DNA of 64,000 bases from Candidatus Krumholzibacteriota bacterium (GTDB taxonomy: Bacteria > Krumholzibacteriota > Krumholzibacteriia > JAJRXK01): the NCBI GenBank assembly GCA_963806035.1, contig CAWDWO010000035.1, forward strand, positions 1-64,000. Reading direction: 5' to 3'. How positions within the stretch are numbered: position 1 is the stretch's first letter; each line of letters starts with the position of its first letter. The notes beneath the pieces were generated by a model. That model was not told the DNA's origin. It did not search any database and was given only the letters and a program-made list of their open reading frames with translations. The translations under genes and the position numbers were made by a program. Shown in pieces: positions 1 through 9,566 of this stretch.

Positions 1-812
1 GTCGCACGGAAGCTCTGCGGCAGGATCGCGTACGTTCGCCCTTTGCCGGGCGCTTGGTTTCGCTGAAAACCTTGGACGGTGACCGCGTTCAAGCGGGGCA
101 AGTCGTCGCGGAAGTTCTCTCGAAGAACAGCGAGGCGGCGCTCCGTGGAGCGAAGGGTATGCTAGCGGAAGCAATCAGCTCGGCAGATTCCATCGACGCG
201 CGGCGTGCCATCGCGCTGGCGCAACAGGGAGAAGTTCGTCAGGAGTTGACCGCACCGGCCGCCGGAATCGTGTTGTCGCATTCGGCTGTGCCCGGAGACT
301 ACGTAGAGGAAGGCGAAGTGCTGCTCAGGATCGCCGAGAAGGGAGCCGTCTTCTTCGAGGCTCGGGTATCTCAGGGTGACTTGGCCCTGATCAAACCCGA
401 GGAGCCCTGCAAGGTGGACATACCCGCGGCCGGAAAACCCTTGGACGCCACCGTTCACGGTGTCCTTCCCACCGCCTCGAGCAGCGACCTCAGTGCTTCA
501 GTACGATTGGATTTCAATTCCTCTCAGCTCGAGCTCGCCGTCGGATTGTTTGGGACCGCCAGCATCGTGGTCGATCGCCACGAAAATGCCACCGTCGTCC
601 CCCTGTCAGCCCTATTGCGCGACGATATCAGTGGACAGGACCAGATCGCTCTGGTGCACCAGGGGACCGCCCATTGGGTCTCCGTTTCGACGGGCATCGT
701 TCGGAGCGATTTGGTGGAGATCCTGAGTCCTCCTCTGAATCCGGGAGATCAGGTCATCACCAAGGGACAGGTGGGTCTTCCCGAGGGTGCGCACGTGCAG
801 GTGAAGCCTTGA
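1..812 (+). CDS. RND efflux periplasmic adaptor (membrane fusion protein), 5'-truncated by window
   Basis: Lipoyl-like halves (GDRVQAGQVVAEV; APAAGIV...GDYVEEGEVLLRI) flank a short helical hairpin; C-terminal VSTGI...VEILS..L.PGDQVIT.G; lies directly upstream of an RND permease. Confidence 0.9.
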   Translation, partial: RTEALRQDRVRSPFAGRLVSLKTLDGDRVQAGQVVAEVLSKNSEAALRGAKGMLAEAISSADSIDARRAIALAQQGEVRQELTAPAAGIVLSHSAVPGDYVEEGEVLLRIAEKGAVFFEARVSQGDLALIKPEEPCKVDIPAAGKPLDATVHGVLPTASSSDLSASVRLDFNSSQLELAVGLFGTASIVVDRHENATVVPLSALLRDDISGQDQIALVHQGTAHWVSVSTGIVRSDLVEILSPPLNPGDQVITKGQVGLPEGAHVQVKP

Positions 813-3800
813 ACGCCTACGGAAGCTTGCGACGCCGTCCCGCGGCGGTATTCGGGCTACTGCTGGTTCTGGCCGCGGCGGGCGTCTTCATGCTGACGCG
901 GCTCCCCTCGGCAATCTTCCCCTCGGTGACGTTTCCTCTGGTGAAGATCATCGCGGATGCCGGGGAAGAGCCTGCCGCTCGAATGATGCCCACCGTCACT
1001 CGCCCCCTGGAAGAAGCCGCGCGGCGCGTGCCCGGGGTCATCCGCGTGCGTTCCATCACCTCCCGTGGGTCCTCGGAATTGTCCGCGGAATTCAAGTGGG
1101 GCACGAACATGCGAGCCGCCATCGAGCGCATGCGGGGTGAGACCGAACGCATCAAACCCGATCTTCCGCCGGATACTCGCGTCGAAGTCGAGTGGATGAA
1201 TACCGCCATCTTCCCGATTTTGGGCTATGCAATCACCTCCGATAGCCTGACCCAGTCTCAGCTCTGGAACCTGGCCGAATACTCTCTCAAGCCGGCCTTG
1301 CTGGACATCGAAGGGGTCTCTCGTATCGAGGTTCAGGGCGGGCGCCGCCGTGAATTTCAAGTTCGCCTGAACGAAGCCGCTCTTGAGGGAAGGGGCCTCT
1401 CGGCCGCCGAAGTGGTGAACGCGGTGCGAGAGAACAACGATGTCCTTTCAGCTGGTCTCGTCGAACAGAACCACGAACTGTATCTGGCTCTGGTGAATGG
1501 TCGAGTGCACGACCTCGAGGCCCTTTCTCGCATTTCGATTCCCATTGCGGACGGTCCGCCGGTGACACTTGCCGAATTGGGCGAACTCTCGGTCGCCGAC
1601 GAGATCTCCTACATTCGCACCACGGCCGACGGGAAGCCCGCGGTTCTTTTGAACGTGATCCGGCAACCATCCGCCAACACCGTCGCCATCGAGAAGAGCA
1701 TTCGTCAGCTCCTGCACGATCATCCCGAGCTTCTGCCGAATGGAGTGAGCTGGACCCCCTTCTACGACCAGGCCCGCTTCGTGTCCGACTCGGTCGCGGG
1801 CACGGAGTCCGCGATTCTCATCGGAGTCCTGCTCGCGGCGGTAGTGCTCTTTGCCTTCCTCCGGCGCTGGCGCAGTACCCTGGTGGCCTCCGCGGCCATC
1901 CCGGTCACCGTCGCCATCATGGGTCTCGCACTCGGTGGTTTCCATCAAACCATCAACCTGATGACGCTGGCCGGCATCGCCGCCGCGCTCGGTTTGATCG
2001 CGGACGATGCCATCGTCGTGCTGGAGGACATCGAAAGGCACCGGGATGCAGGGCATTTTGACCCGGTGGGAACTTCCCTTCACGAGTTGTTGCCCGCCCT
2101 CATCGGTTCCAGCGTGGCCACCGTCATCATATTCGTTCCCTTTGCTCTCTTGCCCGGAATCACCGGCGCCTTCTTCAAGCCGCTGGCCATGACCATGGCC
2201 CTCGCTCTGACCATCTCTTTTTTCATCGCAGCGGTCGCGGCGCCACTGGGCCTTCAGATCCTGGAACGAGATGGCAGCTCTCCTCCGGTTTCGCGTCCTC
2301 TCGAAAATCAGCTGGAGGATGATCACGGATCGGACTCGAAGCGGAGTCTGGGTCAAAAGCTCGAGTCTGCTTACTCGCGAGTCGCGGGATTGTTCATCGA
2401 CCACGGTTGGGTCGCGGCACTCACATTGATTGCGCTCTTGATGGGAACCGTATTGCTCTACCGTCACATTGGAACCGATTTTTTGCCGGCGATGGACGAG
2501 GGCTCAATCATTTTGGACTACTGGACGCCGCCGGGGACATCCCTCACCGACACGGACGAGATGCTCCAGCAAGTGGAAAAAGTCATTCTCGCCACTCCCG
2601 ACGTCGAGAGTTACTCACGGCGCACCGGAACTCAGCTCGGCTTCTTCATCACCGAGCCAAATTCCGGAGATTACGTGATCAACCTCAAGCCGCGTGGACA
2701 ACGCCGATCCTTGGACGACGTGGTCGACGATCTGCGCGGCCGCATTGCCCAGGTAGAGCCGGCGGTGCACACGGACTTCGGCCAGATTCTGGAAGATGAC
2801 ATCGGTGATTTGACAGGCGGAGAGCCCCAGCCGATCGACATCAAGATTTTCGGGGAGGACCCCGTTCTCCTGGAGCAGAAAGCGAAAAAGGTCGCGGAGA
2901 TCGTGGCCGACGTGCGTGGTACCGAAGACACTTTCGACGGTATCGTCATCGCCGGACCAGCTTTGGAGATCAGGGTAAAACCGGAGGCGGCCGCGCGCTA
3001 CGGCATCACGACGCAAGATCTTCATGCAGAAGTCGAACCTGCCATTTTGGGAACGGTGGCCGGGGAGATCCAGGTGGGCGACCGGATGCACGATGTCCGG
3101 GTGCTCATGCCGCACGATGGACCCCTGAGCGATCTGAGCATCCGAGCCGGAACCGCGCTCCTCCCTCTCCACGAAGTGGCCAGCATACGCACCGGATTGC
3201 CCGAAACGGAGATCGATCGTGAGAATCTCAAGACCTACATCGGAGTGACTGCCCGCATCTCCGGTCGTGATTTGGGCAGCACGATTGCCGAAATCCGCCG
3301 TCGAATCGACCGGGAATTGGAGCTGGGAGTCGGGATGTCCATTCGCTATGGAGGACAGTACGAGCAACAGCAGAACTCTTTTCGCGACTTGCTCTACCTT
3401 TTGCTCGCCGGGCTGGTTCTGGTATCCCTGGTCATCCTGTTTTCTTTCGGGGACTGGCGCGCACCACTGGTCAGCTCCTTGGCTGCCGTCACCTCCCTGG
3501 CCGGCGCACTGGGCGCGCTCCGCTTGACCGGGCAGACCCTCAACGTCTCCAGCTACGTCGGGGCCATCATGATGGTGGGATTGGTGGGCGACAACGTGAT
3601 GTTCGCGATCAACGAAGCCAGACTGGGACTGCAGGAAGGACTCTCGTCGAAAGAGGCCTGGCACAGGTCTGCTCGCCGACGATTGCGCCCCATGGCCATG
3701 ACGATCTTCGCCACCGGCTTCGCTCTGGCGCCCTTGGCTCTGGCCCTGGGGCAAGGCGCCCAGCTCATCCAGCCGCTGGCCATCGCGGTGATCGGCGGCT

Positions 3801-3886
3801 TCACCCTCTCGGGGCCGATCGTGCTCTTCCTTCTGCCGGGGCTCTATCGTTGGCTCGACCCAAAGGGAAGACTGGCGAAAGTCTGA
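809..3886 (+). CDS. RND efflux permease (CusA/CzcA/AcrB superfamily)
   Basis: About 1025 aa with two large periplasmic loops; TM4 ADDAIVVLEDI; FLPAMDEGSI; RLRPMAMT; QPLAIAVIGG. Start placed at TTG 809, overlapping the adaptor stop (TTGA). Confidence 0.93.
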   Translation: MNAYGSLRRRPAAVFGLLLVLAAAGVFMLTRLPSAIFPSVTFPLVKIIADAGEEPAARMMPTVTRPLEEAARRVPGVIRVRSITSRGSSELSAEFKWGTNMRAAIERMRGETERIKPDLPPDTRVEVEWMNTAIFPILGYAITSDSLTQSQLWNLAEYSLKPALLDIEGVSRIEVQGGRRREFQVRLNEAALEGRGLSAAEVVNAVRENNDVLSAGLVEQNHELYLALVNGRVHDLEALSRISIPIADGPPVTLAELGELSVADEISYIRTTADGKPAVLLNVIRQPSANTVAIEKSIRQLLHDHPELLPNGVSWTPFYDQARFVSDSVAGTESAILIGVLLAAVVLFAFLRRWRSTLVASAAIPVTVAIMGLALGGFHQTINLMTLAGIAAALGLIADDAIVVLEDIERHRDAGHFDPVGTSLHELLPALIGSSVATVIIFVPFALLPGITGAFFKPLAMTMALALTISFFIAAVAAPLGLQILERDGSSPPVSRPLENQLEDDHGSDSKRSLGQKLESAYSRVAGLFIDHGWVAALTLIALLMGTVLLYRHIGTDFLPAMDEGSIILDYWTPPGTSLTDTDEMLQQVEKVILATPDVESYSRRTGTQLGFFITEPNSGDYVINLKPRGQRRSLDDVVDDLRGRIAQVEPAVHTDFGQILEDDIGDLTGGEPQPIDIKIFGEDPVLLEQKAKKVAEIVADVRGTEDTFDGIVIAGPALEIRVKPEAAARYGITTQDLHAEVEPAILGTVAGEIQVGDRMHDVRVLMPHDGPLSDLSIRAGTALLPLHEVASIRTGLPETEIDRENLKTYIGVTARISGRDLGSTIAEIRRRIDRELELGVGMSIRYGGQYEQQQNSFRDLLYLLLAGLVLVSLVILFSFGDWRAPLVSSLAAVTSLAGALGALRLTGQTLNVSSYVGAIMMVGLVGDNVMFAINEARLGLQEGLSSKEAWHRSARRRLRPMAMTIFATGFALAPLALALGQGAQLIQPLAIAVIGGFTLSGPIVLFLLPGLYRWLDPKGRLAKV

Positions 3887-3912
3887 GCCTGATGGGGGCT
3901 CGGTGAGACTTG

Positions 3913-4926
3913 CTAAGCCAGCAGCTCGCGCAGAATGCGCTTGCCGTAGACGCCGACGATCTTGCGGCGGTACTTCGGGCTGAACCAGGTGTTCTTGTAG
4001 GGAGTGACCGCGGCGGAGAGTCGTTCGCCGAAAGCGGCCAGGGCGTCTTCATCGGGTACCGTGCCCAGCAGCGCCTGCCCGGTTTCCGAGTATTCCAGCG
4101 GCGTCGGCGCCACCGCGCCCACCACCACGCGCAGCGATTCGAGGGTTCCCTTCTTGCCGCGGCGGAGCGCGATCGCCACGCCCGCGTCGGGAAAGTCGAG
4201 CGCGTCGCGGGCGCGCAGCTTCATGTAAGCCGCCAGGAGCTCCTGGCTCTCCGGGGGAATTTCCACTGCCACGATGATCTCGTCCGGCTTCTTGCTGTTG
4301 CGGCCGATCCCGTCCAGGTGCGCCCCGTCGTCCATGGTGTTCTTCGAAGAACGCGCGGGCAGAAAGAACTCCTGCATCGAGAGGCGGCGATCGCCGTCTG
4401 GTCCCACCAGGTGCACGCGGGCATCGAGCGCCCACAGCACCGGTCCCAGATCTCCGCTGTAGGTGGCGTAGCAAATCGAGGGGTTGGGCACCACGCGGCA
4501 CTCGTCCGATTCCGCCTTGAGACAGGAACCCAGGGCGTTGCGAAATTCCGGCGACTGATTGAACCAATAGCAGCGAGTGTCCACCAGCAGGTTGCCCCCC
4601 ACCGTGGCCGTCTGCCGGATGAGCGGACTGGCGATCTTGCGCACCGTCTGCGAAATCACGGGATGGGTGGCCGCGATGGCCGCGTCCTCGAGCAGTTCGT
4701 TGAGCGTCACCCCGCCGCCGATGCGGGTGGGAGAGATCTCCTTGAGTTCTTCGATGTGCTTGAGACTGATGACCTCGTCTTTGGCGTTCAGCTTGTTCTT
4801 GTAGTTGCATAGAAGGTCGGTGCCGCCACCGAGGAAATCGAAGTCCTTCAGCTCACGGGTCAGAGCGAGCGCTTCCTGCAGGGACTTGGGCCGGTGCAGC
4901 CGGAAGCTCGGGACGTACATGGTCAT
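3913..4926 (-). CDS. hcrB: 4-hydroxybenzoyl-CoA reductase-like beta subunit (FAD subunit with extra 4Fe-4S insert)
   Basis: GGGTDL and TVGGNL FAD motifs of the xanthine dehydrogenase family, plus the four-Cys insert RCYWFNQS...CLK...C...CYA typical of HcrB. Confidence 0.8.
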   Translation of the reverse strand: MTMYVPSFRLHRPKSLQEALALTRELKDFDFLGGGTDLLCNYKNKLNAKDEVISLKHIEELKEISPTRIGGGVTLNELLEDAAIAATHPVISQTVRKIASPLIRQTATVGGNLLVDTRCYWFNQSPEFRNALGSCLKAESDECRVVPNPSICYATYSGDLGPVLWALDARVHLVGPDGDRRLSMQEFFLPARSSKNTMDDGAHLDGIGRNSKKPDEIIVAVEIPPESQELLAAYMKLRARDALDFPDAGVAIALRRGKKGTLESLRVVVGAVAPTPLEYSETGQALLGTVPDEDALAAFGERLSAAVTPYKNTWFSPKYRRKIVGVYGKRILRELLA

Positions 4927-4946
4927 GGCTTACAGATTCCTCTTGG

Positions 4947-7280
4947 CTACTTGAGAGAGGCCACGCCGTTCTTGGACTTGGAGCGCTTGGCCTTGGCCTC
5001 CAGAGCGTCCAGCACGCGCTCGGGAGTAAAGGGCAGCTTGCGCAGACGAATGCCCACCGCATCGTAGATGGCGTTGCCGACGGCGGGAATGACCGGCGAG
5101 AGCGCGCCCTCGCCGCATTCCTTGGCGCCGTAGGGACCCTCGGGATCGTTGCTCTCGATGATGATGGCCTCGATATCGGGCGTGTCGACGCTGGTGGGAA
5201 CCTTGTAGTCGAGGAAGTTCGCGTTCATCAGCAGGTTGTCCTTCTTGTAGCGCATCTCCTCCATCAGGGTCTGTCCCAGGCCCATGTGAACGCTGCCCTC
5301 GATCTGTCCCGCCACGGCCAGTGGATTCAGAGCGAAGCCGCAGTCGTGCGCGGCCCACACCTTCACCACCTTCACGAAGCCCGTCTCGACGTCCACCTTG
5401 ACCTCGGCGATGAAGGCGCCGAAGGAGTAGCTCGGCGAAAGCCCCGCCGCGGCGCCCTTGAAGTTGCCGCCCAGCTTGGGCGATTGGTACCAGCCCTTGG
5501 CGAGGAGAGCGCCGCCACTTTCCGCCATCGCCTCTTCCAGAGCGTCGAAATACGAGACTTCGATCGCGGGCTCGATCAGATCGACGAGTTTTCCATCCTG
5601 GAAGTCCCACCGCGCTCGCGGACGGCCCGCGAGACGGCAGGCCGCGGCGGAGAGCTTCTCCCTGATGATCCGCGCCGCGTCGCGCGTGGCGTTGCCCAGC
5701 ATGAAGGTCACGCGGCTGCTATAACTTCCCAAATCCAAGGGAGCGGTGTCGGTGTCCTGGCTGCGCACGCGCATCATCGAGATGGGCAGACCGAGTTCCT
5801 CGGCCACCACCTGCGCCATGACCGTGTCCGAACCCTGTCCGATCTCGGCCGCCATGTTGTGAATGGTGACGCCGCCGTCGCCATCGATCTTCAGGTGGAC
5901 GGTGCAGTGCGGAAAGCGCGTCCAGTGGATGGGCAAGTTGCTGCCGCTGATGTAAAAGCCACAGCCCACGCCCAGTCCGTGGCCGAAGGGCAGCTTTCCC
6001 CAGCGTTCGCGCCATTCGCTGCGCAGCATGGCCTCGGAGATTCCCTCGCGAATCCCGTTGCTGGTGATGCGGAACTGGTTTGTGGTGAGCGTGTTCTCGG
6101 GCAGAAAACTGCGCAGGCGGAACTCGCAGGGATCTTCTCCCAGCTGCTCGGCCAGTTCATCGACCGTGGTCTCGATGAGATAGCGGGTGTTCACGCTGCC
6201 GTGTCCGCGCATCGCGCCGCTCGGCGGACGATTGGAGTACACGCGGCGGCCGCGGTAGCGGAAGTTGGGAATGCGGTAAGGGCCCTGACTCAGCACGCCG
6301 TTGTAGTAGGTGGTGACCACGCCGAAACTGGAGAAGGCGCCGCCGTCGATGAGCGCATCGAGCTGCAGCGCAGTGACGCCCTCCTCCTTGCTAGCGGACA
6401 TCTTGATGGTGGTCTCGGTGGGGTGCCGCCCGTGATTGACGAGGAAGGTCTCCTCGCGAGTCATCACCAGTTTGACGGGGCGTCCCGTCTTGCGGGCAAG
6501 CAGGCAGACGATCATTTCGTGCGGGAAGGGGTCGCTCTTGCCGCCGAAGCCGCCGCCGATCATGGTGCGGATCACGCGGATCTGGTGCATCGGCAGATCC
6601 ATCACCTCGGCCAGCGCGCGGTGCACGTAATGCGGCACCTGGGTGGGCGACCACAGGGTGAGCCGGCCGTCGGCCTCGAAGTGCGCGCACACCGCATGGG
6701 GTTCGGTGAAGGCGTGGTTCACTCCGGGAAACTCGTAGCGCTGTTCCACCAGGGCCTCGGCTGCCTCGAACGCGGCGTCCACGTCGCCGAAGTCCTGCTC
6801 GACCTGCTTCATGATGTTGGTGCCCTCGACCGTCTTGCGGTGCAGAGCCTCGACATCCTTGCCCAGCGCATCGCTCATCTTTTTCACGGGCTTGAGTTCT
6901 TCGTACTCCACCTCGATCGCGGCAAGTGCACGATCGGCAGTCTCCTCGTCGTCCGCCGCCACCGCCGCCACATAGTCGCCGACGAATCGCACGCGATCCG
7001 TCGCCATCGCGGTCTCGTCCTTGGTGATCGGCAGAACTCCGAACTGACCGGGCGCCTCTTTCCCCGTGACGACGGCGCGAACCCCGGGCATCGCAGCCGC
7101 CTTTTCGCTCGAGATGGAGAGGATGCGCGCGTGGGAGTGAGGGCTGTGGAGAATGCGCGCGTAGAGCATGCCCGGTAGACGGATGTCCTCGGCGTATTCG
7201 CCTTCGCCCGCCACCTTCTTGGCGCCGTCCACCAGAGGGATGGGTTGGCCGATGATGTTGTAGCGCTTTCTCTTCCTCAC
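4947..7280 (-). CDS. hcrA: 4-hydroxybenzoyl-CoA reductase-like alpha subunit (molybdopterin-binding)
   Basis: GGGFGGK, GAMRGHG, EIGQGS, LGSYSSR, GQIEG and AKECGEG motifs; GTG start at 7280 overlaps the stop of the small subunit (GTGA). Confidence 0.8.
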   Translation of the reverse strand: MRKRKRYNIIGQPIPLVDGAKKVAGEGEYAEDIRLPGMLYARILHSPHSHARILSISSEKAAAMPGVRAVVTGKEAPGQFGVLPITKDETAMATDRVRFVGDYVAAVAADDEETADRALAAIEVEYEELKPVKKMSDALGKDVEALHRKTVEGTNIMKQVEQDFGDVDAAFEAAEALVEQRYEFPGVNHAFTEPHAVCAHFEADGRLTLWSPTQVPHYVHRALAEVMDLPMHQIRVIRTMIGGGFGGKSDPFPHEMIVCLLARKTGRPVKLVMTREETFLVNHGRHPTETTIKMSASKEEGVTALQLDALIDGGAFSSFGVVTTYYNGVLSQGPYRIPNFRYRGRRVYSNRPPSGAMRGHGSVNTRYLIETTVDELAEQLGEDPCEFRLRSFLPENTLTTNQFRITSNGIREGISEAMLRSEWRERWGKLPFGHGLGVGCGFYISGSNLPIHWTRFPHCTVHLKIDGDGGVTIHNMAAEIGQGSDTVMAQVVAEELGLPISMMRVRSQDTDTAPLDLGSYSSRVTFMLGNATRDAARIIREKLSAAACRLAGRPRARWDFQDGKLVDLIEPAIEVSYFDALEEAMAESGGALLAKGWYQSPKLGGNFKGAAAGLSPSYSFGAFIAEVKVDVETGFVKVVKVWAAHDCGFALNPLAVAGQIEGSVHMGLGQTLMEEMRYKKDNLLMNANFLDYKVPTSVDTPDIEAIIIESNDPEGPYGAKECGEGALSPVIPAVGNAIYDAVGIRLRKLPFTPERVLDALEAKAKRSKSKNGVASLK

Positions 7281-7903
7281 TTGCCGTCCTCCCCGCCGTC
7301 GCCCTTTTTCGCGGGCCGCGGCGGCCTTCTGCCCTTGAAGGCTCCGAGCACCGAATCGCCGCCGTCCTCGTTGCGCCGGCCGCGAATTCCCGTCCCCACC
7401 GGCACCTCGACGCTGCCGCGCGTTCCGCGCAGCTCGGCCGCGGCCTTCTTGACCGCGTCGACGATCTTCACGTAGCCGGTGCAGCGGCACATGTTGCCGC
7501 TGATCGCCTCGCGAATCTCCTGCTCACTGGGATCGGCGTGCTCGCGCAGGAGCGCCACGGAAGTCATGATGAATCCGGGCGTGCAGAAGCCGCACTGGCT
7601 CCCGCCGCTGCTCAGAAAGGCCTCTTGCACCGGATGGAGCTTCTCCGCCTCGTGCAGGCCCTCGATGGTGGTGATTTCCTTACCCTCCACCTCGGCCGCC
7701 AGGGTGAGGCAGGAGAGGAGGGGCTTGCCGTCGATGAGAACCGTGCAGCAGCCGCAAGTGCCCATATCGCAGCCGCGGTGGCTGCCGGTGAGGTGGAGTT
7801 CCTCGCGCAGCACGTCGAGAAGAGTGGCTGCCGGACGGATCGCTAGCTCGTGGTCGGCCCCGTTGACGCGCAAAGAGACCATGATCTTGGGTTTGGAAGA
7901 CAT
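7277..7903 (-). CDS. hcrC: (2Fe-2S)-binding gamma subunit of the HcrCAB-like molybdoenzyme
   Basis: GCDMGTCGCC, QCGFCTPG and CRCTGY motifs; start MSSKPK at 7903; low-complexity C-terminal tail. Confidence 0.82.
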   Translation of the reverse strand: MSSKPKIMVSLRVNGADHELAIRPAATLLDVLREELHLTGSHRGCDMGTCGCCTVLIDGKPLLSCLTLAAEVEGKEITTIEGLHEAEKLHPVQEAFLSSGGSQCGFCTPGFIMTSVALLREHADPSEQEIREAISGNMCRCTGYVKIVDAVKKAAAELRGTRGSVEVPVGTGIRGRRNEDGGDSVLGAFKGRRPPRPAKKGDGGEDGK

Positions 7904-8041
7904 GGTGCGAATATAAACGATTGATCGAACTCTCTCCACATCGGAGCGGATAGGATCAGGGCGGCTCCGATTGGAGCCGCCCTCTTCCCGTCCGAACCTT
8001 GCTGGAGAGACGCCTGGCGCCTTTGGTCTTGGGAGCCGAAT

Positions 8042-9196
8042 TCAGCGCCCGGAGTCTCCGGTCGTCGGCGGTTCGGGTGGCGTGTCGGGAAGGGTGTCCG
8101 GCGGAGCATCCACCACCGGCGCGCCACATTCGGCGCTCCAGCTGGCCCGGAAGAAGCCCAGACCCAGGTCACTGCGCGTGATGAACTTGCCGTGGAATTC
8201 GCCTTCGATCTGGCCGGACTGCGCGGCCCAGTGTCCGGAAAGCTCCCCCATGCCGTCTTGTCCCGGCTGCCAGCTTCCCTCGATCAGGCCGCGCACCTTT
8301 CCCGCACGGTCGATGATCTTGCCGGCGAAGACGCGCTCGCCCGCCTCGTTGACGCCCCAGCGGCCGCGCATGTGGCCTCTCACCGCGCCGAGCTGGCTCA
8401 CCCAGTGGCCACGGAAGAATCCGCCGTTGGTCCCGGGGACGCGCACCCAATAGCCGCGCATGAAGCCGGCGGGACAGTCGCTGAGGGTCTTGCCTTCGAA
8501 GGAGATGGCGTTGCCCTGATCGTCCACGCTCTCGGTGCGATCCAGGCCGTCGAGATCCGCGAGATTGATCGTGGTGCTGTAGGGGCCGCTGTCGAAGCTG
8601 ATGCTGCCTTCAGGATAGCTTCCGGTCGTGTCCGGACGCTGCAGCACGCACAGCAGGAGGCCATCGAAATGAGGCCCGGTGTGACTCACCCAGGACAGGC
8701 TCTGCCGGTCGCTGCGCGGCAGAAGATGATCCGCCGGCCACTCGAAGAGAATCGTACGTTTGAGGGCGAGCACGCCGCCCGTGACTTTCAGCGATCCGCT
8801 CCAGTCGAGCCCGGCCGAAGGGGCCGCCGCATCCGAGCTGGGCTGGCTGTCGAGTTGGCCCCAGAGAATGCGCAGATAGGTGCGCTTGAGTCGTGGGCTG
8901 TCACGCAGCGCGGGATCCTCCGCGACCATGCTGTCCTCGTCGTCCTCCGCCATGAGATTCTGATCCATGGATCGAGTCTCGCTCTGAAGCTGCGGGTCGT
9001 CGAAGGCGGGCGCTTCGTCGGTATAGGCCAGTCCTCCGTAGGACTGATTCAGATCGACCTGATCGATCGAATTCGAACCACCGATGCTCGTAGTATCGGA
9101 GGTCGAGAGGGGATTGTCGTTCTTGGAACACCCCGGCACCACCAAGGCCAGGGCCAGAGTCAAAATCCCCAGGCGAGCGAAAGCTCGGGTGCTCAT
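8042..9196 (-). CDS. Hypothetical lipoprotein with C-terminal Gly/Trp beta-strand repeats
   Basis: AGGAGG RBS upstream of ATG 9196; lipobox-like LVVPGC; eight G-x-(F/M/I/L)-x-G-x-W-like repeats. Confidence 0.75.
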   Translation of the reverse strand: MSTRAFARLGILTLALALVVPGCSKNDNPLSTSDTTSIGGSNSIDQVDLNQSYGGLAYTDEAPAFDDPQLQSETRSMDQNLMAEDDEDSMVAEDPALRDSPRLKRTYLRILWGQLDSQPSSDAAAPSAGLDWSGSLKVTGGVLALKRTILFEWPADHLLPRSDRQSLSWVSHTGPHFDGLLLCVLQRPDTTGSYPEGSISFDSGPYSTTINLADLDGLDRTESVDDQGNAISFEGKTLSDCPAGFMRGYWVRVPGTNGGFFRGHWVSQLGAVRGHMRGRWGVNEAGERVFAGKIIDRAGKVRGLIEGSWQPGQDGMGELSGHWAAQSGQIEGEFHGKFITRSDLGLGFFRASWSAECGAPVVDAPPDTLPDTPPEPPTTGDSGR

Positions 9197-9566
9197 CGTC
9201 ATCCTCCTGTCGAATCCGGCCGAAAATACTCGGCCACTTTGGGGTTCTTCCTCCCGAGCAGCAAAGCCGGGGCCCGGCTCGAGCCAAGGTCGCAACTGAC
9301 CGGGCTACAGTTAGTTAGAAGGGAATTTCCGCGCCCGGTGGGGGTCAAGATGCGTACCTGGGCGTACACCGTGGCGCTGCGCGTACACCCTCCGCGGGAT
9401 CCACCGTCCTTACAGGGACTTCTTGCGCCGCGCTGGGCGCGGCGCGCCCGCTTGACCCCTCCGGCGGCTACTGTCATTATCGTAGCTGAATCTTGGGCTC
9501 CCCACAGAGCACTCTTTCCGCATGAGGAGCTTCATGGGGCTTTGAGAACGAACCTGATCTGACACC

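Noticed and set aside
1..3900. RND locus as a horizontally acquired island
   Set aside because: It looks slightly less GC-rich by eye, but no integrase, att site or repeat is visible and the difference cannot be quantified here
5286..7178. Long antisense ORFs (also 27194-28693, 28757-30403, 40849-42681, 57813-59858 and others)
   Set aside because: Shadow ORFs opposite well-supported genes, expected at high GC3, with no motifs
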